DNA of 64,000 nucleotides from positions 112,484 to 176,483 of the forward strand of contig JAHDYR010000030.1 of the NCBI GenBank assembly GCA_019828565.1. The letters are read 5' to 3'. This document shows positions 8,990 to 18,385 of this stretch, one piece after another. Source of the DNA: Carpediemonas membranifera BICM. Taxonomy: Eukaryota > Protista > Fornicata. A program made the translations under genes and the position numbers. The notes under the pieces were generated by a model. It made no database searches. It worked only from the letters and a program-made list of their open reading frames with translations, and was not told the origin of the DNA. Each line of letters begins with the position of its first letter. Position 1 is the stretch's first letter.

Positions 8990-11353
8990 TTAATGAGCGC
9001 CACAGGTACAGACGTGACCCTCAGAGCCGCACGTACAGATCTCGCCGCGCCCGCAGGTGCAAGGCTTCGGCGCGACTACAGCAGACTTGCCACAAGTGCA
9101 GACGTGACCCTCAGAGCCGCACGTACAGATCTCGCCGCGCCCGCAGGTGCAAGGCTTCGGCGCGACTACAGCAGACTTGCCACAAGTGCAGACGTGACCC
9201 TCAGAGCCGCACGTACAGATCTCGCCGCGCCCGCAGGTGCAAGGCTTCGGCGCGACTACAGCAGACTTGCCACAAGTGCAGACGTGACCCTCAGAGCCGC
9301 ACGTACAGATCTCGCCGCGCCCGCAGGTGCAAGGCTTCGGCGCGACTACAGCAGACTTGCCACAAGTGCAGACGTGACCCTCAGAGCCGCACGTACAGAT
9401 CTCGCCGCGCCCGCAGGTGCAAGGCTTCGGCGCGACTACAGCAGACTTGCCACAAGTGCAGACGTGACCCTCAGAGCCGCACGTACAGATCTCGCCGCGC
9501 CCGCAGGTGCAAGGCTTCGGCGCGACTACAGCAGACTTGCCACAAGTGCAGACGTGACCCTCAGAGCCGCACGTACAGATCTCGCCGCGCCCGCAGGTGC
9601 AAGGCTTCGGCGCGACTACAGCAGACTTGCCACAAGTGCAGACGTGACCCTCAGAGCCGCACGTACAGATCTCGCCGCGCCCGCAGGTGCAAGGCTTCGG
9701 CGCGACTACAGCAGACTTGCCACAAGTGCAGACGTGACCCTCAGAGCCGCACGTACAGATCTCGCCGCGCCCGCAGGTGCAAGGCTTCGGCGCGACTACA
9801 GCAGACTTGCCACAAGTGCAGACGTGACCCTCAGAGCCGCACGTACAGATCTCGCCGCGCCCGCAGGTGCAAGGCTTCGGCGCGACTACAGCAGACTTGC
9901 CACAAGTGCAGACGTGACCCTCAGAGCCGCACGTACAGATCTCGCCGCGCCCGCAGGTGCAAGGCTTCGGCGCGACTACAGCAGACTTGCCACAAGTGCA
10001 GACGTGACCCTCAGAGCCGCACGTACAGATCTCGCCGCGCCCGCAGGTGCAAGGCTTCGGCGCGACTACAGCAGACTTGCCACAAGTGCAGACGTGACCC
10101 TCAGAGCCGCACGTACAGATCTCGCCGCGCCCGCAGGTGCAAGGCTTCGGCGCGACTACAGCAGACTTGCCACAAGTGCAGACGTGACCCTCAGAGCCGC
10201 ACGTACAGATCTCGCCGCGCCCGCAGGTGCAAGGCTTCGGCGCGACTACAGCAGACTTGCCACAAGTGCAGACGTGACCCTCAGAGCCGCACGTACAGAT
10301 CTCGCCGCGCCCGCAGGTGCAAGGCTTCGGCGCGACTACAGCAGACTTGCCACAAGTGCAGACGTGACCCTCAGAGCCGCACGTACAGATCTCGCCGCGC
10401 CCGCAGGTGCAAGGCTTCGGCGCGACTACAGCAGACTTGCCACAAGTGCAGACGTGACCCTCAGAGCCGCACGTACAGATCTCGCCGCGCCCGCAGGTGC
10501 AAGGCTTCGGCGCGACTACAGCAGACTTGCCACAAGTGCAGACGTGACCCTCAGAGCCGCACGTACAGATCTCGCCGCGCCCGCAGGTGCAAGGCTTCGG
10601 CGCGACTACAGCAGACTTGCCACAAGTGCAGACGTGACCCTCAGAGCCGCACGTACAGATCTCGCCGCGCCCGCAGGTGCAAGGCTTCGGCGCGACTACA
10701 GCAGACTTGCCACAAGTGCAGACGTGACCCTCAGAGCCGCACGTACAGATCTCGCCGCGCCCGCAGGTGCAAGGCTTCGGCGCGACTACAGCAGACTTGC
10801 CACAAGTGCAGACGTGACCCTCAGAGCCGCACGTACAGATCTCGCCGCGCCCGCAGGTGCAAGGCTTCGGCGCGACTACAGCAGACTTGCCACAAGTGCA
10901 GACGTGACCCTCAGAGCCGCACGTACAGATCTCGCCGCGCCCGCAGGTGCAAGGCTTCGGCGCGACTACAGCAGACTTGCCACAAGTGCAGACGTGACCC
11001 TCAGAGCCGCACGTACAGATCTCGCCGCGCCCGCAGGTGCAAGGCTTCGGCGCGACTACAGCAGACTTGCCACAAGTGCAGACGTGACCCTCAGAGCCGC
11101 ACGTACAGATCTCGCCGCGCCCGCAGGTGCAAGGCTTCGGCGCGACTACAGCAGACTTGCCACAAGTGCAGACGTGACCCTCAGAGCCGCACGTACAGAT
11201 CTCGCCGCGCCCGCAGGTGCAAGGCTTCGGCGCTTCATCCGCAGCACTCTTCTTACAGGAACAGAAACCGCCACAGCTGCCGCCGCATGTTTTCTTGGTT
11301 ACTGGCTCAAATTCAAAGACATTATCGATCGTCACAGTGTTCTTTCCACTCAT
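8990..11353 (-). CDS. Giant Cys-rich tandem-repeat protein, putative multidomain metallothionein (787 aa, 154 Cys)
   Basis: ATG with unique 43-aa head, then 25 copies of PCTCGRGEICTCGSEGHVCTCG(KSAVVAPK); the two substitutions in the conserved part of the terminal repeat are synonymous in this frame; AGTAAA on the minus strand at 8972-8977 just after the stop. Confidence 0.8.
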   Translation of the reverse strand: MSGKNTVTIDNVFEFEPVTKKTCGGSCGGFCSCKKSAADEAPKPCTCGRGEICTCGSEGHVCTCGKSAVVAPKPCTCGRGEICTCGSEGHVCTCGKSAVVAPKPCTCGRGEICTCGSEGHVCTCGKSAVVAPKPCTCGRGEICTCGSEGHVCTCGKSAVVAPKPCTCGRGEICTCGSEGHVCTCGKSAVVAPKPCTCGRGEICTCGSEGHVCTCGKSAVVAPKPCTCGRGEICTCGSEGHVCTCGKSAVVAPKPCTCGRGEICTCGSEGHVCTCGKSAVVAPKPCTCGRGEICTCGSEGHVCTCGKSAVVAPKPCTCGRGEICTCGSEGHVCTCGKSAVVAPKPCTCGRGEICTCGSEGHVCTCGKSAVVAPKPCTCGRGEICTCGSEGHVCTCGKSAVVAPKPCTCGRGEICTCGSEGHVCTCGKSAVVAPKPCTCGRGEICTCGSEGHVCTCGKSAVVAPKPCTCGRGEICTCGSEGHVCTCGKSAVVAPKPCTCGRGEICTCGSEGHVCTCGKSAVVAPKPCTCGRGEICTCGSEGHVCTCGKSAVVAPKPCTCGRGEICTCGSEGHVCTCGKSAVVAPKPCTCGRGEICTCGSEGHVCTCGKSAVVAPKPCTCGRGEICTCGSEGHVCTCGKSAVVAPKPCTCGRGEICTCGSEGHVCTCGKSAVVAPKPCTCGRGEICTCGSEGHVCTCGKSAVVAPKPCTCGRGEICTCGSEGHVCTCGKSAVVAPKPCTCGRGEICTCGSEGHVCTCGKSAVVAPKPCTCGRGEICTCGSEGHVCTCGAH
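8999..11233. repeat. Tandem array of a 90-bp unit, about 25 copies, internally identical
   Basis: Unit cacaagtgcagacgtgaccctcagagccgcacgtacagatctcgccgcgcccgcaggtgcaaggcttcggcgcgactacagcagacttgc recurs every 90 nt from 9001 to 11161. Confidence 0.98.
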
Positions 11354-12044
11354 TTGGTGCTATTGCTTGTCTGGTGCCCGTGCTTTACAGCTCAGGGTCC
11401 ACAAGGCATTGTCATGGTGCCGGTACAAAACCCGCCCAGTTCAGGACCGGTTGGTGCCCCAGTAATGGGTGGATGGGGCAGTATTTGTGCTGCGGATGAC
11501 GGTACAGTGGCGCTGAAGGGTATGATTCATTCGAGAACTGATGATCGTCATCTCCGACATCACAAGCCCGGGTTCGGGGATGTTTACGAGCCGAGTCGAG
11601 AGGCTGGACGCCATAACTCAGATGGATCAGACACAATTAGGATGATTGGTATGCCTGACAGTGCAATCAGTCAGTTGTTGACCTTAGCTTCAGCTTGGAA
11701 TTACGCCAGGCTGGACCTCACTCAGGCACCCTCAGAATGAGCTCTCCGACACTACCTGGGAGTTATTTAGAACAGGCACACAGGAGTACCCCAGCACTGC
11801 CCTGCACCCGTGTGTGAGGTGTGCTGCTCCCACGACTTTTCAATGTAGCGCCGATGGGGGATTCAAGAGACTCAGTCCCACTGGATCGAGCCATATAAAT
11901 CTTGATTGCTCGGATGCTCGACTCGGAATGCGAGTTCCTGGGTTTGGCAATCAATTTACACGTATACATACCAAATGTACCGATTTGGCTAATCTGCAGG
12001 ATCTTTCATCCAAGATCCATCCGCAGCGGCTCAAGGAGTTAGCA

Positions 12045-13412
12045 ATGTTTGACGTCTTTAGCGTGTTGGAGGACCACACGCCCGAGTTCATTCTTGTCTT
12101 CCTTGTTCTTATTATCTTCGCCGCCGTCTTCGAGGCCGGCAACGAGTTCATGCACCGTGTACTCGAGCGATCCAAGCATAGATTCTTCGCCTTAATGCTG
12201 GAAAAGCTGCAGGGGGAGCTTATGACTGTCGGCGTCTTCAGTTTCGGTGTTTTCCTGCTCAACCTCGTGCTCGAGCACCAAAGTGAGTATCTCGACGCCC
12301 ACGGCATCCCGCCTGAGCAGGTCCACGCCCTGCAGGAGATCTTCGAGAGTGTGCACATCTTCATCTTCGCCTTCACCGTCATCTATCTCTTCACCCTTCT
12401 CATACTATATCTCGTCCTGCTCGGGCGACTGTGGCTCCTGTTCGCATGCTGGAGGCCGTACATGAACGAGCTATCCCCAGTGAGTTTGGACATCGGCAAG
12501 ATCGCCGCCACCCCTCACTGGAAGCGGAGGGTTCTCTTTCTCGACTGTGCTGTCAAGACCGGGCTGGTCCGACTCCATCTGACTCGGGTCAGGCCAGATC
12601 TGGCCTTTAGATCCATGTCTGAGATGCTCACCTCCTCTACCCAGATCCTTATAATGCACAGTGCTGATCTCAGTATGTCCTTCTGGACGAGCGCCCTCAC
12701 CGCGATCATCACCATCGGGTCTCTGTTGAATAACAGCTCGTCCTTCCTGGTGATCTCTGGCGTTCTCACGTTGACCACTGTACTTCCCAAGCTCTTCCTT
12801 TTTATCCCAGAATTCCGGCAATCCTTCACGGCCGACTCCTTCTTCATGACTGAGCGTGTCAGGCGGAAGAAGAAGGCCGTATTTGAGCCTGCCGCTATCC
12901 CACTCAACTCTGACTTCAACCCCATTTTCAACGCCATTCATCTTGGGAGTGATGGTGCAGAGGGCATTCCGATCAAAGTCACCGATACAGCTCCTGAAGA
13001 CAAGTGGCCCATAGAGCAGGAAAGCATCCCATATGCCCTTGAGGACGAGGCCAGGGCTGTGTGTCTTGTCAGGGCCGGCCGGGTTGAGGGGGGCCGCCTG
13101 GTGGTGACCAGGCCTGGCGGACCACGGGTGCTGAAGGGTGTGGTCCACTGGTGGTCATCCCGGAAGGTCCGTGCGGTGCTGACCTCTCACACGGCCGTCT
13201 GCACCCTCGCCGTTTCCATCCTGACGACAGTGGTCGACCCCAAGGCCATGGCATTCCTGGTCATTGTCAGTGGTGCGTCACTGGTCTTGACAATGACCAT
13301 GGTGGTCACTATACCCTCGACCGCGGTGGTGTACGCGGTCGGGTCAAGCAGCACATTTAGGGAGCTGGTCGTGGCCTTAAAGAAGGAGCAGCGGGAAGCA
13401 GAGCACGCTTAG
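12045..13412 (+). CDS. MLO-like multipass membrane protein
   Basis: VLIIFAAVFEAG...LMLEKLQGELMTVGVFSF and FESVHIFIF match MLO TM1-TM3 signatures (LEKIKxELMLLGFISLLL; LHIFIF); about 7 hydrophobic segments. Confidence 0.7.
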   Translation: MFDVFSVLEDHTPEFILVFLVLIIFAAVFEAGNEFMHRVLERSKHRFFALMLEKLQGELMTVGVFSFGVFLLNLVLEHQSEYLDAHGIPPEQVHALQEIFESVHIFIFAFTVIYLFTLLILYLVLLGRLWLLFACWRPYMNELSPVSLDIGKIAATPHWKRRVLFLDCAVKTGLVRLHLTRVRPDLAFRSMSEMLTSSTQILIMHSADLSMSFWTSALTAIITIGSLLNNSSSFLVISGVLTLTTVLPKLFLFIPEFRQSFTADSFFMTERVRRKKKAVFEPAAIPLNSDFNPIFNAIHLGSDGAEGIPIKVTDTAPEDKWPIEQESIPYALEDEARAVCLVRAGRVEGGRLVVTRPGGPRVLKGVVHWWSSRKVRAVLTSHTAVCTLAVSILTTVVDPKAMAFLVIVSGASLVLTMTMVVTIPSTAVVYAVGSSSTFRELVVALKKEQREAEHA

Positions 13413-13496
13413 GGAATAGGGCTATAAACTAGCATGTTAGTCGACTGGTGGCCCGGCTGAGGTGCTCGATCGGACGACTCGGCAAAATTCCCGACG

Positions 13497-15158
13497 ATGT
13501 CTGTTGGGCGCGCGGCGGCGCGTACCGGGCTTCCTGTGGAGGTAGAGATGTCTATACGGGATATAGAACGTATACGGCAGATAGCAACCGCCATCTCTGC
13601 TCTGGCGTCGTCAACGGAGAGCATGAGCTCCGTTATCCCCAGAGAGGTCACGGCGATGATCCGAAGTGCGTGCAGTGCGCTTCCCCATCCACCGTACTTC
13701 AGCACGATGTCCGTCACCACCGCCTCCGACCTCCTTGCCGAGCTCACCGCCATCATCACGGACCTTGCTACCGTCCTCGCCGACCAGATCAGACGAGACG
13801 CTGCAGACACCCACAACGAGCCACTCAAGCTCGCCATGCACCGTCTGAAGTCGGCCAGGGAGTGCATCACCGAGACCATGCCAAGCTGTTCGGACGCCAC
13901 CCTGCACGGCCTTCTCACATGGACCCTGGGCGCGGTACTGCTGGCCGCAGACGATGGATTAGACCCTGCCACACGGTTCATGTGCCGCAAGTTTGCCGTG
14001 GTCGACCGTGAGATCGCGAGAGACTCTGTAGTACAGCTCCGGAGGGGGACTCGGTTTACGGTGTTCAACGCACGGATTTTCGTGGAAGGAATGAATGATT
14101 GTGGGCAGGCAGGAGTTGGATACAAGTCAGATACAATCGGACTGACTTGGATCCGACTGTATCCAATTATCCGATTTGATTCGTATATATCCGAGTCAGA
14201 GGGCCTTGTCAATATCGCCCACACAACCCACGGCCTCTTTGCCTGGGGCTCCAACCGGTGTGGGAGTCTGGGTGTCAACTCGCTGCTCCCTTGGATCAAG
14301 GCCCCCACACCCATGTCTCTGCCTGACCTTATAGTGCACTGTCTGCATGCATTAAGGTATGGTCGGACGTACTTTCAGACGTCTGAGGGCTGGTGTGCGG
14401 CTGGGAACAATGCATTCGGCTCCCTTGGTGTTGGCGTGGAAGATGGTGAGGACGGTGGTTGTGTTCAAGAGCCCCTGATGGTCGACCTCAGCGGGGCTGA
14501 CATCCACTCGTTCCACTCATTCGAACGGGCCGTGTTCGTCAGCACTAGGACGGCGAGCACGCCTCTACTGGCTGCTGGTGACAACCGGGCCGGGGCACTG
14601 GGAATAGGGTCCATGATGGCAACGGAGGAGGTGTTCGCCCGGGTCTGTCTGCCGGCTGGGCTGAAGATTACTGATATTATTCCGTTTGAGGGTGTCACTC
14701 TCATCTTCAGCGGCTATCAGTGCTTCTACATCGGCACCCAAGCTGCATTTGCCGGAGATTTCTCCCCCACCGACACACCATCCAGGTCACCCCGCCGCTT
14801 CCCACTGCGGGTGTCGGCAGTGCTCACGGCCCCCTGCTCGAACGCGGTCTTCGTCTTTCTCAGCGAGGGCCGTCTCCTCACCGCATGGACTCGCCCGCCA
14901 CAGACTCTGAGCGGGGCCGTGCGCCACCCGTCAGAGGTGCCGTGGCTCTCGGAGTTCTCAATGCCGTCTGAGGTGTTCCACATTCATACCGAGTCCCACC
15001 AGCTCCACTACAGCTACGACAGGGGCTGGGCGATCGTCCATGAGCGGGGGTCGGTGGCAGAGGCGAGGGGAGACCCAGCCATCGTGTTCTGGGCTAGTAA
15101 TGTCGCGACACCTGAGAGAATGCTCCCACTGAGGGCGAGGTACCTCGATAACTACTGA
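13497..15158 (+). CDS. RCC1/BLIP-II-like repeat protein with helical N-terminus (lineage-expanded family)
   Basis: GLFAWGSNRCGSLG, AAGNNAFGSLG, AAGDNRAGALG RCC1-type repeats; AGTAAA at 15190. Confidence 0.75.
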   Translation: MSVGRAAARTGLPVEVEMSIRDIERIRQIATAISALASSTESMSSVIPREVTAMIRSACSALPHPPYFSTMSVTTASDLLAELTAIITDLATVLADQIRRDAADTHNEPLKLAMHRLKSARECITETMPSCSDATLHGLLTWTLGAVLLAADDGLDPATRFMCRKFAVVDREIARDSVVQLRRGTRFTVFNARIFVEGMNDCGQAGVGYKSDTIGLTWIRLYPIIRFDSYISESEGLVNIAHTTHGLFAWGSNRCGSLGVNSLLPWIKAPTPMSLPDLIVHCLHALRYGRTYFQTSEGWCAAGNNAFGSLGVGVEDGEDGGCVQEPLMVDLSGADIHSFHSFERAVFVSTRTASTPLLAAGDNRAGALGIGSMMATEEVFARVCLPAGLKITDIIPFEGVTLIFSGYQCFYIGTQAAFAGDFSPTDTPSRSPRRFPLRVSAVLTAPCSNAVFVFLSEGRLLTAWTRPPQTLSGAVRHPSEVPWLSEFSMPSEVFHIHTESHQLHYSYDRGWAIVHERGSVAEARGDPAIVFWASNVATPERMLPLRARYLDNY

Positions 15159-15212
15159 GGGTACAGATATACTGTGCCCAGCCATAGACAGTAAATTAGA
15201 ACCAGGGATATG

Positions 15213-15485
15213 ATGATTGTTGGTGTGCCGTTCTATGCGCGGTGCGGGGCTGAAGTTGTCAACACGAAGGACCTCGAGGTCGACCCAGACGAGGCGCTTG
15301 TCGTAGACGGCGAGAAGGTCGGCGATCGAGGCGATGGCGTTGCCTGCTACTTCCAGGATGCGGAGACGCTGTGCATGCGGTCGTGCGCGTTCCGCCGCAT
15401 GGGCGTGGGCGTGTCGGTGTGGGAGCTGGGGCAGGGGTACGGTGCGCTGGTGGAGGCACTGGCGTGTGACTGTGATAAACTATAG
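15213..15485 (+). pseudogene. Duplicated 3' fragment of the CHID1/GH18 gene
   Basis: Encodes the last 90 aa of the 17174-18244 ORF, truncated at the duplication boundary. Confidence 0.85.
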
Positions 15486-15500
15486 AGTGTCATTTAGTGC

Positions 15501-16089
15501 TTAGAACACGAAGAGCATAGCCAGGAGGACTGCGGCGAGGGCTACGAAGACCTTGGGGGCGGCCGAGAGGTAGGCGTAGGACTCGAAGTAGACGGTGTCC
15601 TGGTTGCAGGGGGTAATGGAGATGGTCATGTTGCGCTCGTCCATGGGGATGGCGTTGATTGAGGAGATGAGGGAGTCAATGACCCAGGTCATGTCGACGT
15701 CGGGAAGGCCGAACGCCTTGGTGATCTCGTCAACGACCTTCTGGATAGCCTCGGTGGGGATGGTCATGTCAAGGTTCTGGAAGCCGTCGTTCTCGACGCA
15801 GGTCTATGTGAGGGCGGGGAAATTACGGGGTGACGAACGAAGTTGAAGTCGCCGTTGGTGTTCTCGAACTGGTCAGAGGCGGCGGTGCTGTTGAAGTGGA
15901 TCCAGATGGAGACGGAGTCGCCACTGTAGTGGCCAGTGTCCCCTGTGTGACGTTGTACGGGTGCTACGAACAAGTGATGTTGTGCTTCTCGCCTACAGCA
16001 AGCATCTCACCCATCGTGGGGTAAGTGAGGGGCTGGATGACAACGCAGCTAGCAAGGGCTACAAAAAGAAGGGCAAGAGCGAATTTCAT
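15501..16089 (-). CDS. Secreted, predicted GPI-anchored surface protein, copy A (3 exons; mirror of 16570-17158)
   Basis: Inverted copy of 16570-17158, including both introns (15943-15971, 15804-15838). Confidence 0.8.
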
Positions 16090-16507
16090 GGCGGTCTATT
16101 CTTCTGAGTCTGTGGACGAAATCTTCACCCCGCGATCTCGACCCCACATTTCGAATCTCGGATGCTCTTGGGTCACACCCGCTCTTCCGCGGACAGGCCA
16201 GTATCACGCCCGGCTGGCCACTCTGGGCCTGCTGTTGTGATATGAGATCGAGATCAACCAGATGCACTCAATCCTACTCAGATCACAACGGACTTGACAT
16301 GCGTTCATCAGCCTTATCCTCAATCAGCGTGCTTCTCTGTCTTCCAACCACCACGCCACCGATTGAGCTCAAGATGCAGACCGCCGGAGATGGTCTGAGT
16401 CTTTTCGCACTTTAGCTTTCGGACAAAGACCGCCTGACTTTAAAGACTCAACAATGTCGGTGTGGCAAACTTTCTCGCCAAGGCGTATCTGAGATTATCG
16501 GGATTTC

Positions 16508-17446
16508 AAATGTGGGGTCGAGATCGCGGGGTGAAGATTTCGTCCACAGACTCAGAAGAATAGACCGCCATGAAATTCGCTCTTGCCCTTCTTTTTGTAG
16601 CCCTTGCTAGCTGCGTTGTCATCCAGCCCCTCACTTACCCCACGATGGGTGAGATGCTTGCTGTAGGCGAGAAGCACAACATCACTTGTTCGTAGCACCC
16701 GTACAACGTCACACAGGGGACACTGGCCACTACAGTGGCGACTCCGTCTCCATCTGGATCCACTTCAACAGCACCGCCGCCTCTGACCAGTTCGAGAACA
16801 CCAACGGCGACTTCAACTTCGTTCGTCACCCCGTAATTTCCCCGCCCTCACATAGACCTGCGTCGAGAACGACGGCTTCCAGAACCTTGACATGACCATC
16901 CCCACCGAGGCTATCCAGAAGGTCGTTGACGAGATCACCAAGGCGTTCGGCCTTCCCGACGTCGACATGACCTGGGTCATTGACTCCCTCATCTCCTCAA
17001 TCAACGCCATCCCCATGGACGAGCGCAACATGACCATCTCCATTACCCCCTGCAACCAGGACACCGTCTACTTCGAGTCCTACGCCTACCTCTCGGCCGC
17101 CCCCAAGGTCTTCGTAGCCCTCGCCGCAGTCCTCCTGGCTATGCTCTTCGTGTTCTAAGCACTAAATGACACTCTATAGTTTATCACAGTCACACGCCAG
17201 TGCCTCCACCAGCGCACCGTACCCCTGCCCCAGCTCCCACACCGACACGCCCACGCCCATGCGGCGGAACGCGCACGACCGCATGCACAGCGTCTCCGCA
17301 TCCTGGAAGTAGCAGGCAACGCCATCGCCTCGATCGCCGACCTTCTCGCCGTCTACGACAAGCGCCTCGTCTGGGTCGACCTCGAGGTCCTTCGTGTTGA
17401 CAACTTCAGCCCCGCACCGCGCATAGAACGGCACACCAACAATCAT
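16508..17446. repeat. Right arm of the 939-bp inverted duplication
   Basis: Reverse complement of 15213-16151; 356-bp unique spacer 16152-16507. Confidence 0.97.
16570..17158 (+). CDS. Secreted, predicted GPI-anchored surface protein (174 aa; Kre9/KNH-like Ig-fold-like N-domain), copy B; introns 16688-16716 and 16821-16855
   Basis: Splicing two GTTCGT...YAG introns (29 and 35 nt) gives MKFALALLFVALASCVVIQPLTYPTMGEMLAVGEKHNITWDTGHYSGDSVSIWIHF...YLSAAPKVFVALAAVLLAMLFVF*, with a signal peptide and a C-terminal hydrophobic tail. Confidence 0.8.
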
Positions 17447-18244
17447 ACGTCGAGGATACTCTCTGCTCCAGTCCTCAGCCATGGTCTGAACCCAGCTGAA
17501 TGGGGTGAGGGGGCCAGCCTTGCCGCTCGTGGTAAAGTCATAAGCGCTCAGTACAAAGTAGTCAACCTCGGTCAACGGAGCGACTGTGGCGAGGTTGACA
17601 TGCCCTGGGACAACCAGGAACACCGGCCTAGTAGGTCCGAGGGTGTGGCTCAGCTTCTCAGTGAACCGTTTGATCTGGTCCGCAAGAACCGGTATGCCCG
17701 TGACGGGAGTCTCGACCACTACGCCGTCGAAGTTGTACTTGCTGACCTCCCTGACGATCGAATTGATGCTGTGAATCGACAGTATGTCCTTGGCGGCGGA
17801 TATGGTGTTCACGTTCAACAGGAAGCGGGGGACTACTCCGAGACCTGACGCCTTGGCCTGAAGTATCCACTCAGCATGGGCGGCGGCGTCGTCTGTGCCG
17901 TGCAGCTTTGTGTTCGAGTACTCATACCATACGGGGGCCACGTAGTCGAGGTGCTGCGCCTGCTCGAGGGCAAGGGTGAGCCCATCGGTGTTCCATGGTG
18001 TTATGAAGGCGAGCGTGGGAAAGGGGCGCGCTAATGTGGTGTCGCTAAGCATCTGCGTCGTCACAAATGCCACTAAAAGGATTACTGGGATTGAGAAGGC
18101 TCCAATGAGGGTGTATCTTCTCTTCGTCGTCTGTAACATAGCACTGTTTGCTATTTTCTCTTGTTGTGTGTCATCGGCAGCGTTCGTAGCAGACGAACTA
18201 GTACTACGAGGTTTTTTGCTCTTCCGCGTTCTCTTCCTCACCAT
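17174..18244 (-). CDS. CHID1: Chitinase domain-containing protein 1 (SI-CLP)-like, GH18 family, type II membrane anchor
   Basis: LAFITPWN, VAPVWY, FDGVVVE, YFVLSAYDF, GPLTPFSWV, GVSVWELGQG motifs; N-terminal TM segment. Confidence 0.85.
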   Translation of the reverse strand: MVRKRTRKSKKPRSTSSSATNAADDTQQEKIANSAMLQTTKRRYTLIGAFSIPVILLVAFVTTQMLSDTTLARPFPTLAFITPWNTDGLTLALEQAQHLDYVAPVWYEYSNTKLHGTDDAAAHAEWILQAKASGLGVVPRFLLNVNTISAAKDILSIHSINSIVREVSKYNFDGVVVETPVTGIPVLADQIKRFTEKLSHTLGPTRPVFLVVPGHVNLATVAPLTEVDYFVLSAYDFTTSGKAGPLTPFSWVQTMAEDWSREYPRRMIVGVPFYARCGAEVVNTKDLEVDPDEALVVDGEKVGDRGDGVACYFQDAETLCMRSCAFRRMGVGVSVWELGQGYGALVEALACDCDKL

Positions 18245-18385
18245 CGCATGAGAACCATGGAAATGCCTCTTCATTCCCAGCTTGACCCAGAGGCATGTAG
18301 GGCATAGAACGGGCCAGACAGGACCTATTGCGTGGGTAGTCCTGGTAGACCCATTTTCCGCAGATTAACGCGCCTTCATCAATGA

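Larger units (their letters stand above)
15213..16151. repeat. Left arm of a 939-bp inverted duplication (partner 16508-17446)
   Basis: Reverse complement of 16508-17446; mirrored identical ORFs, with paired coordinates summing to 32659. Confidence 0.97.

Noticed and set aside
8999-11233. CRISPR-like regular array
   Set aside because: No unique spacers and no cas genes; it is a pure tandem coding repeat in a eukaryote
8746-11740. Two long plus-strand ORFs (917 aa and 915 aa) over the 90-bp array
   Set aside because: Shadow ORFs of a stop-free repeat; terminal-repeat substitutions are synonymous only in the minus Cys frame, which also has the downstream AGTAAA
11803-11809. TGCACCC, matching the animal metal-response element TGCRCNC, upstream of the MT-like gene
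   Set aside because: Single degenerate 7-mer about 450 bp away; no evidence for an MTF-1 system in this lineage
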